A DNA stretch of 64,000 bases from a bacterium (GTDB lineage: Archaea > Thermoplasmatota > E2 > JACPAO01 > JAHFTW01): contig JAZJZE010000005.1 in assembly GCA_040390065.1 (NCBI GenBank), positions 128,001 through 192,000 of the forward strand. Reading direction: 5' to 3'. The notes beneath the pieces were generated by a model. The model ran no database searches. It saw nothing but the letters and a program-made list of their open reading frames with translations, and had not been told where the DNA came from. Position 1 is the first letter of the stretch. The number at the start of each line of letters is the position of its first letter. Positions 27,702 through 37,504 of this stretch are shown here, piece by piece. The translations under genes and the position numbers were made by a program.

Positions 27702-27830
27702 GGTCGAGATTGGGTGTGGGCGGCCTGGGATTGCGGGGATGAAACGGCGATTCTTGGGACTAGGCTGCAATCCCCAGAGTCGCCGTCCATGTTCCCAGAA
27801 ATCCCAGGCCTCCCACACTTGGCCTCGACC
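27702..27830 (+). repeat. About 129-nt long imperfect inverted repeat (rod-like hairpin) in an intergenic region
   Basis: GGTCGAG..GTGTGGG.GGCCTGGGATT pairs with AATCCCAGGCC.CCCACAC..CTCGACC; inner ACGGCGATTCTTGGGA pairs with TCCCCAGAGTCGCCGT. Confidence 0.8.
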
Positions 27831-27913
27831 GATTGCTCGCGCGCGTCGGCGCCGCCGGGGGCCACATCACAATCGCTTGCGAGGACTTTGAAAAGCAGGT
27901 TTCCGGGCCCGAC

Positions 27914-28336
27914 TCACTTCAAGGCTTCCTGGATCTCTTTCCGCATGTCGACATCCGAGATGCCGCCGTCGCGTTCCTTCTCCGCTTCAATCTCGGCCAG
28001 GAGCTCCGCGAACTGGGCCCGGTACTCGGGGTCGTCGCGCACTTCCTTGGCGAGCTTCGTTGGCAGCAGGTGGTCGAAGACGTCCTTGTGGCCGCCACGC
28101 AGGTTGACGGCGTTGAACTGCTTCTGGCGCACCGTCGCGATGACGGCCGCCTCGACGTTCTTCGTGCCGAAGCCGGGTGTGGCGAAGCTGCGCACGATTG
28201 CGTCCTCGTCGACGTCCGGGCACTCCGACTTGAGCTGGGCGAAGAGGGCGCGGCTCTGGGCGTCGTTGGCGATGACCTTGCGGCCGGCCGCCAACTGCTT
28301 CTCCATGTGTTCCGCGACGGGGATCTCGCGCGCCAT
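27914..28336 (-). CDS. Hypothetical protein (alpha-helical, charged)
   Basis: MAREIPVAEHMEKQ.. 140 aa with host-like codon usage; 3' part of ORF 27914..28534. Confidence 0.7.
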   Translation of the reverse strand: MAREIPVAEHMEKQLAAGRKVIANDAQSRALFAQLKSECPDVDEDAIVRSFATPGFGTKNVEAAVIATVRQKQFNAVNLRGGHKDVFDHLLPTKLAKEVRDDPEYRAQFAELLAEIEAEKERDGGISDVDMRKEIQEALK

Positions 28337-28415
28337 CAGTTGCGGCGACGAGGCACCTGGATAAGAGGGTGGCGGGCAGCGCAATCCTTTCAGACATGGC
28401 GGGCTGGCCCAGCCC

Positions 28416-28805
28416 GTGCACCGGTTCGCTTTGGTCGTCCTTCCAGTCTTCCTCCTGTCGGGCTGCTCGTCGACGCCCGGGACGCAAGAGGCAGCCTTCG
28501 TCCCGGATGCGACCCACGTCGAGCGCGACGTCACGGGGCCGTTCAGCCATGACTACCACTACGTCGTCGGCCCGGGCGGCTGGATGAACGCCACCCTGTC
28601 GTGGACACACAAGGACCAGGCGATGAACGTCAACATCAAGGCCTCCGGCCTGGGCTACGTGTGCAGCAACAGCGGTGGCACCGGCTCCGGCAAGTGGTTC
28701 TCGCATTGCACGGCGGATGCCGGTTCCAAGGTGACGGTCACCGTGAAGTCCGACGCGCTTGCCACGACCGACCGGTACTCGCTGGACGTGCGGACCGGGG
28801 CTTAG
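28416..28805 (+). CDS. Small putative lipoprotein
   Basis: LVVLPVFLLSGC lipobox-like; beta-sandwich-like remainder. Confidence 0.7.
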   Translation: MHRFALVVLPVFLLSGCSSTPGTQEAAFVPDATHVERDVTGPFSHDYHYVVGPGGWMNATLSWTHKDQAMNVNIKASGLGYVCSNSGGTGSGKWFSHCTADAGSKVTVTVKSDALATTDRYSLDVRTGA

Positions 28806-29512
28806 GCCGCGGCCGGGAAGTTCAGGTAGCGCATCAGGTGCACGGGCTCGTCCAGGCCCTTCACGTAGACGTCGGCGGTGAGGTTGAACTGGCCCCACGC
28901 CCGTGTCTTGAGCTGGAAGTTCGTACGCCTGTCGCGCACTTCCCGATCGGGGTCGGGGAAGGTCGGATGCAAGTGGTACACGACGCGGTCCACGCGGGAC
29001 AAGAGTTCGTCGACGTCCGCGTCGAGGGCGACCGTGATGTCGCGCCGCTGTTGGCCGTCGCGGTCCTTCGTTGCGGCTCCGACGGCGTGCACGAGGTAGA
29101 GCGATTGGCCGACGATGTCCTGGCGCTCGATTTGCGTCGTGGCCATGCCAGGCATCTCCATCTCGGACGCCATGCCTGGCGACACTTGGCCGACGAAGAT
29201 GCCGGGGCCCTTCTTCGGGGCGCCGCTCAGTGCTGCCGGCGGCTCGGCGGTGGGTGCGTTGGCAAACGAGGCGACGCTTCCGCTGATGGCCTCCTTGATG
29301 CTGGCGCGCTTCTCGTCAGGCAAGGGAATCTTCTCCCCGCCCGTGAGGCTCACGCCATCCTTGCCGAGCGTCAGGCTGGCTCCGTAGCGCACGCGTTCGA
29401 GGACCGTGGTGTAGAGCGACCGCGTCGGCTTGCGCAGGATCAGCACCAAGGCCAGGACCGTGACGGGCCAAACCAGCGTCTGCAGCAGTGGGATCCAGTC
29501 GGCGACGACCAT
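28802..29512 (-). CDS. Membrane-anchored prokaryotic YEATS (pYEATS) domain protein
   Basis: N-terminal TM LVWPVTVLALVLILRKP; C-terminal VDRVVYHLHPTFPDP.REV....NFQLKTRAWGQF.L.ADVY matches the YEATS V.(F/Y).LH.(S/T)F..P...F.....GWG.F signature. Confidence 0.8.
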   Translation of the reverse strand: MVVADWIPLLQTLVWPVTVLALVLILRKPTRSLYTTVLERVRYGASLTLGKDGVSLTGGEKIPLPDEKRASIKEAISGSVASFANAPTAEPPAALSGAPKKGPGIFVGQVSPGMASEMEMPGMATTQIERQDIVGQSLYLVHAVGAATKDRDGQQRRDITVALDADVDELLSRVDRVVYHLHPTFPDPDREVRDRRTNFQLKTRAWGQFNLTADVYVKGLDEPVHLMRYLNFPAAA

Positions 29513-29581
29513 GGGAGCACCGGGGAAAGCCGATGCCCTCGATGCGCTTTCAATGTGCCGTCGCGGCGTCTTTCTGCCGCA

Positions 29582-31810
29582 TCACTTGAACGCCACGGAA
29601 TCCTGCATCGTGAGGGTGCGCAGGTCGTGCGACGTCACACCGAGGTCGCTGATGGAGAACACGGACGCCACGCCGACGTTGGGGAAGCCCTGGAAGTAGC
29701 TGCGCTGGACCTGCGTGCCCCAGGGAACGTCGCCGCCGGCCAGGCTGTCCTGGTCGACGACACCGCGCGAGGACAGCGCCATCTTGCCTTGGTCGAGGGT
29801 CACGAGTTGCAAGCCCACGTGGGTCTTCTGCAGGGGATTTCCGTTGGTGTCCTTGGAGCTCTCTGTCGTCGTCAAGGGCACGGCGAGGAGGCCAGCTTCC
29901 GGCCAGTAGGTGAAGGCCTTGTGCTCGGCGACGGCGCCGCTCCACGTCCGCCCACTGCCTGGACCCAGGTCGAGGAAACTCGTGCGCGTCGGCTTCGTGA
30001 GGTCACTGATGTCGAACAGGTTGACCTCGATCTTGTTGCGGTCGAGGCCGTTGTTGTTCGCCCCCGGCCCGTAGCCGATGGAGAGCAGGGTCTTGTCGTC
30101 CACCGGGTGGATGTACGTGGAGACGCCGGGGATGTCGAGCTGGCCGAGGACTGTAGGCACGGTCGACTTGAGGTCGATGACCCAGAGCGGGTCGTGCATG
30201 ATGAGGCGCACGGGGTCGGGGTACGTGACGAGGTACGCGCGGTCGGCGGTGAAGCGGGCGCTCCAGATGCGTTCGCCGGGCGCGATTCCGGTCACGGTGC
30301 CGGTCGGGACGAGCACGCCGGCCTGCGGCGCAAACAGCGTCACCTGCGTCATGAGAGAGGCGGCTGCGCCGACGGTGCCGCGGGACTGGACCTGCACGGA
30401 GGTCCCCAGGGTCGTGGCCACCCGCAACTGGTCGCCTTGCACGTCGAGGCTGAAGGAGTCCAAGAGAAGGCCCGGGGCTCGGCCGCTGGCGCGCGGCGTC
30501 ACGTCCAGACCCTTCACGTCGAACCAGTTGAGGTCCGTCGTCGCCTCGACCTTGGCCTGCGCGTCGAGCCACCACAGATCCTGGCTGGGCGCCGCAAGGA
30601 CGAGGGCCTTGTCCGATGCGTACAGGATGGCCGACGTGCCGACGACTTGCGTCGTGGAGGTGGGGATGGCTTGGTCGGAGACGGCCATGGCGAAGATCGT
30701 CGAGAAGCCGCGACCCGTCGACGTGGGCGCGGCCAGCACGTGGTGGCATGCTGCATCGTCGAGTGGCGGCACTGCGGGCTTGCCGGCCGGCCCCGTGGCG
30801 ACGAGCGGCAGGTGGTCCGACAGCGACGCCTTGCCGATGAGGTCCTGGTTGTGGTGGTCGACGCGGACGGCGACCTGCTTCACGACGTCGTCGCGGTCGG
30901 CGCGCGACAAGTCGCTGTACGATTCCCAGTCGAGGCCGAGGCCCCTGAGGTCGTCGGCGTTCGGGTAGGCGTACGTGCGCAGGCCGAGGGTGGGCTCCCG
31001 CGTCGAGAGGACAATGTACGCGGTGCCGTCGATGAGCCGAGCCCCGATGGAGTCACCCTCGATCCACGTGTCGGTCTCGATGGAGGGCTTCGCGCGGTCG
31101 GCGAGGGACAGGACGGCGATCCGGGTCATCGATGCGCGGGACACCGGTGGCATGGCGCTCGCGGCGACGGCGCCTTGGACGGACGCGGTCGGCGAGCCCT
31201 GGCCAGACAGGAGCACGACGAGGCGGTCGTCGCCCTCGCCGGGGCCGCGGGGGACAAGCAGGAGTTGCCCGCCAGTCCAGGAATTGCTGAGCGCCAGGCG
31301 GCCTGTCTCTTCGATCTCGCCGAGGTGCTTGCTGTTGAGGACATGCAGCGAGCCGTGGGCAAACACGTACGTCCAGGTGCCGTCGGTCTTGACGAGATCG
31401 GCCTCGTCTGCGCCCTGTTCCTGGTTGTTCGTGCCCGTGGCGGGCGGCATCCCAGGAGCGGCACTCGAGGCGGAGTGGACACTGCCGCCGTCGGATGCGG
31501 CACTGGCGGGTGCGGCGGAGCCGGACATCGTCATGCCGACGGGGGCGGCCATGTCGTCGACCATGACGCCGCGGCCGCTGTGCGAGATCTGGGTCACGAC
31601 GTCGCGGTCGAGAAGCACGCGGCTCTCGCGCAGGGCTCGCTCCTTGAGGGTGTCCAAGAGTTGGGCGCAGTTGGCCATCGGCACGGGGGTGGGGTCGCCG
31701 GCTTCCATCTCGGGGATGACGAAGAGTCCGGAGACGGAGACGTTATGCACGGAGGCGCAGCCGGAGAAGGCGGCGGCCAGGAAGAGGCCAGCAAGGACGA
31801 AGGCTCGCAT
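29582..31810 (-). CDS. Beta-propeller domain lipoprotein (Beta_propel / PF09826-like)
   Basis: Lipobox AFSGC; TNNQEQGADEADLVKTDG; LRVATT; GIAPGERIWSARF..AYLVT..DPLWVIDL..LGQLDIPGVSTYIHP; EHKAF. Confidence 0.88.
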   Translation of the reverse strand: MRAFVLAGLFLAAAFSGCASVHNVSVSGLFVIPEMEAGDPTPVPMANCAQLLDTLKERALRESRVLLDRDVVTQISHSGRGVMVDDMAAPVGMTMSGSAAPASAASDGGSVHSASSAAPGMPPATGTNNQEQGADEADLVKTDGTWTYVFAHGSLHVLNSKHLGEIEETGRLALSNSWTGGQLLLVPRGPGEGDDRLVVLLSGQGSPTASVQGAVAASAMPPVSRASMTRIAVLSLADRAKPSIETDTWIEGDSIGARLIDGTAYIVLSTREPTLGLRTYAYPNADDLRGLGLDWESYSDLSRADRDDVVKQVAVRVDHHNQDLIGKASLSDHLPLVATGPAGKPAVPPLDDAACHHVLAAPTSTGRGFSTIFAMAVSDQAIPTSTTQVVGTSAILYASDKALVLAAPSQDLWWLDAQAKVEATTDLNWFDVKGLDVTPRASGRAPGLLLDSFSLDVQGDQLRVATTLGTSVQVQSRGTVGAAASLMTQVTLFAPQAGVLVPTGTVTGIAPGERIWSARFTADRAYLVTYPDPVRLIMHDPLWVIDLKSTVPTVLGQLDIPGVSTYIHPVDDKTLLSIGYGPGANNNGLDRNKIEVNLFDISDLTKPTRTSFLDLGPGSGRTWSGAVAEHKAFTYWPEAGLLAVPLTTTESSKDTNGNPLQKTHVGLQLVTLDQGKMALSSRGVVDQDSLAGGDVPWGTQVQRSYFQGFPNVGVASVFSISDLGVTSHDLRTLTMQDSVAFK

Positions 31811-31888
31811 GACCTCAGCCAACCGCCTGGGAGGCATAAGGCCACGCGATAGGTTGGCAAAATCCCGAACAAAAGGCGGCCCTTGCCG

Positions 31889-33028
31889 CTACTTCGTCGC
31901 CCTTGCCACGTCGGCGATGAGGTCGTCGATGTCCTCGATGCCGACGGAGATACGCACCAGGCCGTCACCGATGCCCAGCGCCTCGCGTTCTTGGGCCGTC
32001 TGATAGGCGTGGCTGGTCTCGATCGGGAGGCTCACCAGGGACTCGACGCCGCCGAGGCTTGCCGCGGGAGCGATGACCTTGACCTTGCGGCGGAAGCGCT
32101 GCGCGGCCTTGAGGGTCCCGAGGTCCAGCGTCACGACGCCGCCGCAGCCGTCGGGCAGCACGCGCTTCGTCGTCGCCCGGTCGGGGTGGTCGGACAGGCC
32201 AGGATAGTGGACGGCGCGTACGCCGGGCATCTCGCCTGCCGCTTCGGCGAGGGCTTGGGCGTTGTCGCAGTGGCGCCGCATCCGCAGCGCAAGGGTCTTC
32301 ATGCCGCGCCCCAGGAGGTACGCGGCATGCGGGTCGAGGCTCGGGCCCCAGTTGCGTCGGACTCGCCACAGGGCGTCGCGGACCCCGGCCTTCTTGCGCC
32401 ATGAAAGGGCGCCGGCGATGAGGTCGCTGTGGCCGCCGAGGTACTTCGTCGCACTCTGCATGACGAGGTCGGCGCCCAGTTCCAGGGGGCGCTGCAGGAT
32501 GGGGCTTGCGAAGGTCGCATCCACGCACAGGCGGGCTCCGGCTTCGTGGGCGGCGGCGGCCCATTCGGGGACGTGGGCGACGCGCAGGAGCGGATTCGTG
32601 ATGGATTCCATCCAGACGAGCTTCGTGCCCCGGGGGACTTTCGGTGTCGCGGCCTCGGGCAGCATGTGCATGCGGATGCCGAAGCGGTCGAGCTCCTCGC
32701 GCAGGAACGCGGTGGTCCCGCCGTAGATGCCCTGCTGCACCGCAATCGTGTCGCCTGCCTGCAGGAGTCCGGTGCATGCCGTCATGATGGCGCCCATGCC
32801 GGAACTGAACAACAGCGACCCTTCGGCGCCCTCGAGGGCTGCGAGCTTGGCCTCCACGGCGTCGACGCTCGGGTTCGTGTAGCGGCTGTAGATGTACTGC
32901 GACTTGCCGCCGTCGGGAAGTTCCGGGTACCAGAACGTGCTCGACATGTGGACGGGCACGTTGACGGCGCCGGTGCGGGGATCGGGGACTTCGCCCGCGT
33001 GGACGGCGTTGGTGGAGGGGCCTGGCAC
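31889..33028 (-). CDS. PLP-dependent Cys/Met metabolism enzyme (cystathionine gamma-synthase/lyase family)
   Basis: YSRYTNPS, FSSGMGAI, WMESITNP, VDATFASP, QSATKYLGGHSD, ASLGGVESL, LVRISVGIED. Confidence 0.93.
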   Translation of the reverse strand: MPGPSTNAVHAGEVPDPRTGAVNVPVHMSSTFWYPELPDGGKSQYIYSRYTNPSVDAVEAKLAALEGAEGSLLFSSGMGAIMTACTGLLQAGDTIAVQQGIYGGTTAFLREELDRFGIRMHMLPEAATPKVPRGTKLVWMESITNPLLRVAHVPEWAAAAHEAGARLCVDATFASPILQRPLELGADLVMQSATKYLGGHSDLIAGALSWRKKAGVRDALWRVRRNWGPSLDPHAAYLLGRGMKTLALRMRRHCDNAQALAEAAGEMPGVRAVHYPGLSDHPDRATTKRVLPDGCGGVVTLDLGTLKAAQRFRRKVKVIAPAASLGGVESLVSLPIETSHAYQTAQEREALGIGDGLVRISVGIEDIDDLIADVARATK

Positions 33029-33150
33029 GCAGAGCGAGACGGGTCGCCTTGGCTTAAGGAAATCTCAGGGCTGCGGTGGGGTGGGCAGGGTTGGTTTTGC
33101 CGAGGGAAAACGGGGATGACGCTTGGTGATGACTCCTCTGCGGCCATCTG

Positions 33151-34746
33151 TTACGCATTGCGATGGTTTGGGGCGCCTTCCCGGGAGCGCCGCTTGGTCG
33201 CCGCGAACAGCGTGCATACAAGGAATACGACCGGCAACGCCCCGGCGGCAGCCGTGTGGGGCGCAGCGGTAGATTCAGAGGGGTTTCCCCCAGCGATTGA
33301 GACGATGTGACCGTCTGTGCCGCCGGCGCTTCCCACGACGCTGGCTTCGCCGCCTGCCCCCCCGTTGACGCCGGCACCACCCGCGCCCCCCTTGGCATTC
33401 ACCCTAGCGGTGTCGGGTGATGGTGCGGGGCCACCCCGGGCCGGGCCGTCGCCCCCATCGCCGGCCTTCCCTCCGTACGCACGGGCGGTGCCACCTTGTC
33501 CACCAAAGGGCTCCACGCTGGCATACGGCTCAAAAGATCCACCCTGCCCCCCGACGGCGGTGGCCCAGCCGGGTGCTCCACCTAGCCCGCCGCGGCCGCC
33601 GGCAATGCGCGCGTCGCCGCCCCTTCCTCCCGCGCCGCCGCGGGCCGTGGCATTTCCTCCGGTTCCGCCGGTTCGCCCGCCACTGCCTCCGTATCCGCCT
33701 TGCGCGTTTGCCGCGCCGCCGGAGCCGCCATCGGCTGCCGTCGGCATCTCGTCATTGCTTGTGAACCGGTACGTCCTATTCTCGATGACGCCGCCGGGCC
33801 CTCCGGCCCCGGCTTCCGCGATTGCATCACCTCCAATTCCCCCCTGGTCGCCGCCGAGACCACCGTTGCCGCCAGTTGCCTGGGCTCCACCGCCCTGGGC
33901 GCCGTATGGATTCTGGTCTAGCCTCTCGACGTGGCCTCCCGGGCCGCCGCGTCCCCCACGGGCGTAGGCGCAACCTCCCTTGCCTCCAGTCAAGGCACCC
34001 TCGCCACCCATCCCACCTTGGGCCTGGGCAATCCATCCCGAGATGCCATGGTGAGAAGCGCTTGTGCCTCCATCGTGGGTCGTCGCATTGGCGTCCTGGC
34101 CGTTCGGGCTGGTGGTCGTGCCGTCGGCGCCGCGGGCAAAGGTCGTGTTTCCATCGCCAGCATCAACGCCCTCTGCGGCCGCGACGGTGCCACAACCGCC
34201 GCTTCCGGCCTTGCCTCCCTTGACAACGACCCCGTGGTCCCGCACGTGACCGTGCAAGTGAAGCATTCCTGACCGGCCGCCGTCGCCTCCGCGCGCGACA
34301 GCGCTAAGGCATCCTGGGAACGCAAAAATGGTTTGCCCCTGGCCATCCTGACCATCGCCAAGCACAATAGTTCCGCTCAACACGATTTGCGGTGAGAAGA
34401 TGTCGATGTCACCCGCCGCCATGCCATCTCGGCCAAGGGCCGCAACGGAACTCCGAGTCTGGCACTCGGTCCGACCGGCGGCCATGGCGGCCCCCGGGCC
34501 AGACGATTGCAGGACCGCGCGGCGCGTCATCGTGAAGGCGGGGGCGTGAATCTCCATGCCTCGCGGGCCTGTCCCACATGAGGGGGCCAGTAGGCCGTCG
34601 AGCGTCAAAGGCTCCTCCGACCACATTACGAATGTGTTCCCCTGGCATTGCTCTCCTGCGGATCTCGCGTCCGCAACGGGCGTTCCCGAACCCACTGGCG
34701 TTAGGCTAAGCAGGACTATCGCCGCTGCCATGACGTGCGTCGCCAT
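33151..34746 (-). CDS. Glycine-rich (GGxGGx, PGRS-like) secreted protein with C-terminal TM
   Basis: Start at 34830 or 34746; signal-like MAAAIVLLSLTPVGSG; many GG.GG repeats; C-terminal LPVVFLVCTLFAATKRR. Confidence 0.7.
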   Translation of the reverse strand: MATHVMAAAIVLLSLTPVGSGTPVADARSAGEQCQGNTFVMWSEEPLTLDGLLAPSCGTGPRGMEIHAPAFTMTRRAVLQSSGPGAAMAAGRTECQTRSSVAALGRDGMAAGDIDIFSPQIVLSGTIVLGDGQDGQGQTIFAFPGCLSAVARGGDGGRSGMLHLHGHVRDHGVVVKGGKAGSGGCGTVAAAEGVDAGDGNTTFARGADGTTTSPNGQDANATTHDGGTSASHHGISGWIAQAQGGMGGEGALTGGKGGCAYARGGRGGPGGHVERLDQNPYGAQGGGAQATGGNGGLGGDQGGIGGDAIAEAGAGGPGGVIENRTYRFTSNDEMPTAADGGSGGAANAQGGYGGSGGRTGGTGGNATARGGAGGRGGDARIAGGRGGLGGAPGWATAVGGQGGSFEPYASVEPFGGQGGTARAYGGKAGDGGDGPARGGPAPSPDTARVNAKGGAGGAGVNGGAGGEASVVGSAGGTDGHIVSIAGGNPSESTAAPHTAAAGALPVVFLVCTLFAATKRRSREGAPNHRNA

Positions 34747-34813
34747 TGCCCAGCGCCGCCGCGAAGCCTGCGCGGACACAGCAGCCAAACGCCCAGTGTA
34801 CGAGACCGATGTA

Positions 34814-37351
34814 TTATTCGGCATCATCATATTCCGTCCATTGGCCAGGATTGCCCGGCGGCTGTTGTTGGGGATCCGGCGCCTCCCCGGCTGTAGCGCC
34901 GCCGGGGTTGGCCGAACAGTTCGACGCGATACCTGGTTGGCCCCCGGTTGGCACCGCATCGCCGGCCCTGCCCGGCCAGCCGTTCGTGCCGGCGGCTCCC
35001 GGGTCGCCATGGTCGTCGGCTGTGTCAGGCTCGCCATTGCGGGTACCTTTTCCTCCCGTTCCCCCCTGGCCGCCGTAGCCGGCGCGCCCCTTGTTTGCAG
35101 TTGCATGCCCGCCGTCACCTGGACACGATAGGAGCGAGTCGCCACCCTTACCGCCCTCAGAGGTGGCCAATTGGCCGTTGCCGCCGTGTCCTCCCGGGCC
35201 TCCCTTGCCCCCGTGGCCCCACTCGTCCATTGGGTCGCACGGTGCCCCGGCACCGTAGCATTGGCCGTTGTCACCGTCGTAGAGCGCCCCATTGCCGCCA
35301 GTCTGACCGATCGCGCCGTTTCCGCCCCGGCCGCCGGTGGCGTTTGCAGAGCCGCCTGCCCCTCCCTTTTGCAGGGAGTTGCCGCCGTCTCCGCCCTGCG
35401 CGTCAGCCGCTCCGGTGGCGTTTAGGCCATTTTCGTACTCGGAATGTGCCGCGTCGAAGCCATGGATTGTGGCGGGGGAATACTCTGTGCCATTGGTGGC
35501 TTGTTTGGGATTTCGGAAGCCATCCGGGCCTTGTGACGTTCCGTGCTGCTGCCCGCCCGGGTCGGTCTGGCCGCTGGCGATGCAGACGGTCGGGTCGGGT
35601 GCATTTATTGTGCATTCGAACAGGATTTCAACGGTCGCGGGACAGTCCTTGGCGACCGGCTCGCAGCCGGGGGACGTCTTGGCGTCGCCGCCCTTGCCGC
35701 CATTTCCGTTCGAAATCAGGAGTCCCGCATTCGTCAGGATTGGGCTGCCCGCGGCGTTCGTGATGAATCCCGATGCGCCGCCGCTCCCACCTCGCGACGT
35801 GGGGAACGAAACGAGGACGGAGAAGAAGTTCATGGCGGCGCCGCCGTGGCCGCCGTTGCCGATGTCGAATCTGGCAGCATGAGGGGAGAGGGAGATGGAT
35901 GTCAACACGACACTGCCCCCATGGCCACCCGAACCGCCGGCGGCACTGGATGCACCGGATTCAGCTTCTGAGCCTCCGGCGCCTCCGCTGCCCGTCGTGA
36001 GGCTGCCGCCCAATGAAAGAGTGGGCGCGGCAATCTTGATTGGTGCACCGTTTCCGGCGGTCGACGGCGATACGGGGCCCATGGGCACACCAGAGCGCAG
36101 GACGGAGCCTGCATCGCCCCCGGACCCACTGGAGATGGCGCCAGCACTGGTGACCAGCTGGCCAGCCAAACTGACGGCTCCAGCGTCGCCGCCCCCGGCC
36201 GAGTGGAATGTTGGCGGCGACATCGCAGGGACAAGCTCCGCGACCAGGTTTCCTCCACGACCGCCAGCCCCTGAAACAAGGGCGCCCGTGTTGGTCAATG
36301 AGCTTGCCGTGGCGGCCAAGGCGCCGCCCAACCCTCCTGACCCAGCGGAAAGCACAGTTGCTGGCAGGCTTGGATTCGTGGTGCTGAAGTCGACCATCAG
36401 GCTTCCGCCGTTGCCCCCCTGCCCGGCCACAATCGAGCCGGCGAGAGACATGGCCGGCGCAGACATGACAATCGGCCCGCCGGCTCCGCCAACCCCGCTG
36501 ATTAGAGGCAGGGTTGGCAGAGGTGGATTGTTACCAACTGGGCCGATTTCTTGGTAGCATGGAAAAGCTCCTTGCAATGGGCCCGGCAGCGGCAAGGGAC
36601 TAAGAGAAGTAATGTTCCCGACAATGAGGCACGGGGTGGTGGCATTTGCAGCAGACCCGTCGGGCCCAAACCATGCCCTGCCGGCCAAGACGCCCGGCAC
36701 TCCCGCCCAGGCGCCGCCGGCGGCCTGAATCTCGTACCGGACGTCTGTGCCCGGGCTGCCCTTGCCTGTGGCAATGCAGCTGCCGACATCCGCCGTTACC
36801 GTCGTGGCCTTGAGGGTAATGGGGCCACCAGCTGCGGACTGTGCAAGCGTCGCATCAATGGACGCCCAAGCCAAGGCTTGGGGCGTTTGATCCTGGTGTA
36901 CCAATACCCGGATGGACATGCGGCCGGACGGCGTGGCAATCGTCCCGGTGGACGTGACGTGAATGCTTGGAGCAATGATCGAGATGGGGCCACCGTCTCG
37001 GTTCCCGGACGTAGCCGTCGGGGGCACCGTAATCAACAAGCCATCAATGGTCAACGGCACCGACGAGACCACAGTGAGACCACCGCGAGCGAAACCTTGG
37101 AAGTGATCGGGCGACGGGAGCAGGGCAGATCCCAAGGAAGCAGGATAGGTGACCACGCTTGGCAACTCAGTGAGACTTGCCGTCGACGCCCCGTCCGAAG
37201 GACCGCAGGTCCCGGCCGTGGCCGAAACAATCGGCGCCTGCACGACGACTAGGGCGCCGATAACGAAGATTCCAGCCAGGGCCACAGCATTCCTTTTCCC
37301 TCTGCGAACGGGCCTTGATTGATTGATTGATGGGGGACTCTTGACCTGCAT
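34814..37351 (-). CDS. Glycine-rich (GGxGGx, PGRS-like) secreted protein
   Basis: Signal peptide RRGKRNAVALAGIFVIGALVVVQAPIVSA; 845-aa ORF with repeated GxGGxGG blocks separated by beta-like segments. Confidence 0.75.
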   Translation of the reverse strand: MQVKSPPSINQSRPVRRGKRNAVALAGIFVIGALVVVQAPIVSATAGTCGPSDGASTASLTELPSVVTYPASLGSALLPSPDHFQGFARGGLTVVSSVPLTIDGLLITVPPTATSGNRDGGPISIIAPSIHVTSTGTIATPSGRMSIRVLVHQDQTPQALAWASIDATLAQSAAGGPITLKATTVTADVGSCIATGKGSPGTDVRYEIQAAGGAWAGVPGVLAGRAWFGPDGSAANATTPCLIVGNITSLSPLPLPGPLQGAFPCYQEIGPVGNNPPLPTLPLISGVGGAGGPIVMSAPAMSLAGSIVAGQGGNGGSLMVDFSTTNPSLPATVLSAGSGGLGGALAATASSLTNTGALVSGAGGRGGNLVAELVPAMSPPTFHSAGGGDAGAVSLAGQLVTSAGAISSGSGGDAGSVLRSGVPMGPVSPSTAGNGAPIKIAAPTLSLGGSLTTGSGGAGGSEAESGASSAAGGSGGHGGSVVLTSISLSPHAARFDIGNGGHGGAAMNFFSVLVSFPTSRGGSGGASGFITNAAGSPILTNAGLLISNGNGGKGGDAKTSPGCEPVAKDCPATVEILFECTINAPDPTVCIASGQTDPGGQQHGTSQGPDGFRNPKQATNGTEYSPATIHGFDAAHSEYENGLNATGAADAQGGDGGNSLQKGGAGGSANATGGRGGNGAIGQTGGNGALYDGDNGQCYGAGAPCDPMDEWGHGGKGGPGGHGGNGQLATSEGGKGGDSLLSCPGDGGHATANKGRAGYGGQGGTGGKGTRNGEPDTADDHGDPGAAGTNGWPGRAGDAVPTGGQPGIASNCSANPGGATAGEAPDPQQQPPGNPGQWTEYDDAE

Positions 37352-37504
37352 GACAACCTACCCATCTGGAAGGAAGAACGCCTAGGCGATAAGGCCTGTC
37401 GTGCCACGTCGTTCGCGGCCGTTCAGGCCTCGGAAGCCGGAGCCGAGCATGGCGAGGCCGTTTCGTCGTTTCACTCACCCCCCGGCCTGACCTATAGCCC
37501 TCAA

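Noticed and set aside
27702-27830. SRP RNA, RNase P RNA or tRNA identity for the long hairpin
   Set aside because: No SRP helix-8 motif, RNase P consensus or cloverleaf/TTCGA arm arrangement was recognisable.
33060-37480. Provirus or transposon explanation for the atypical islet
   Set aside because: No integrase, transposase, capsid gene or flanking direct repeats were seen.
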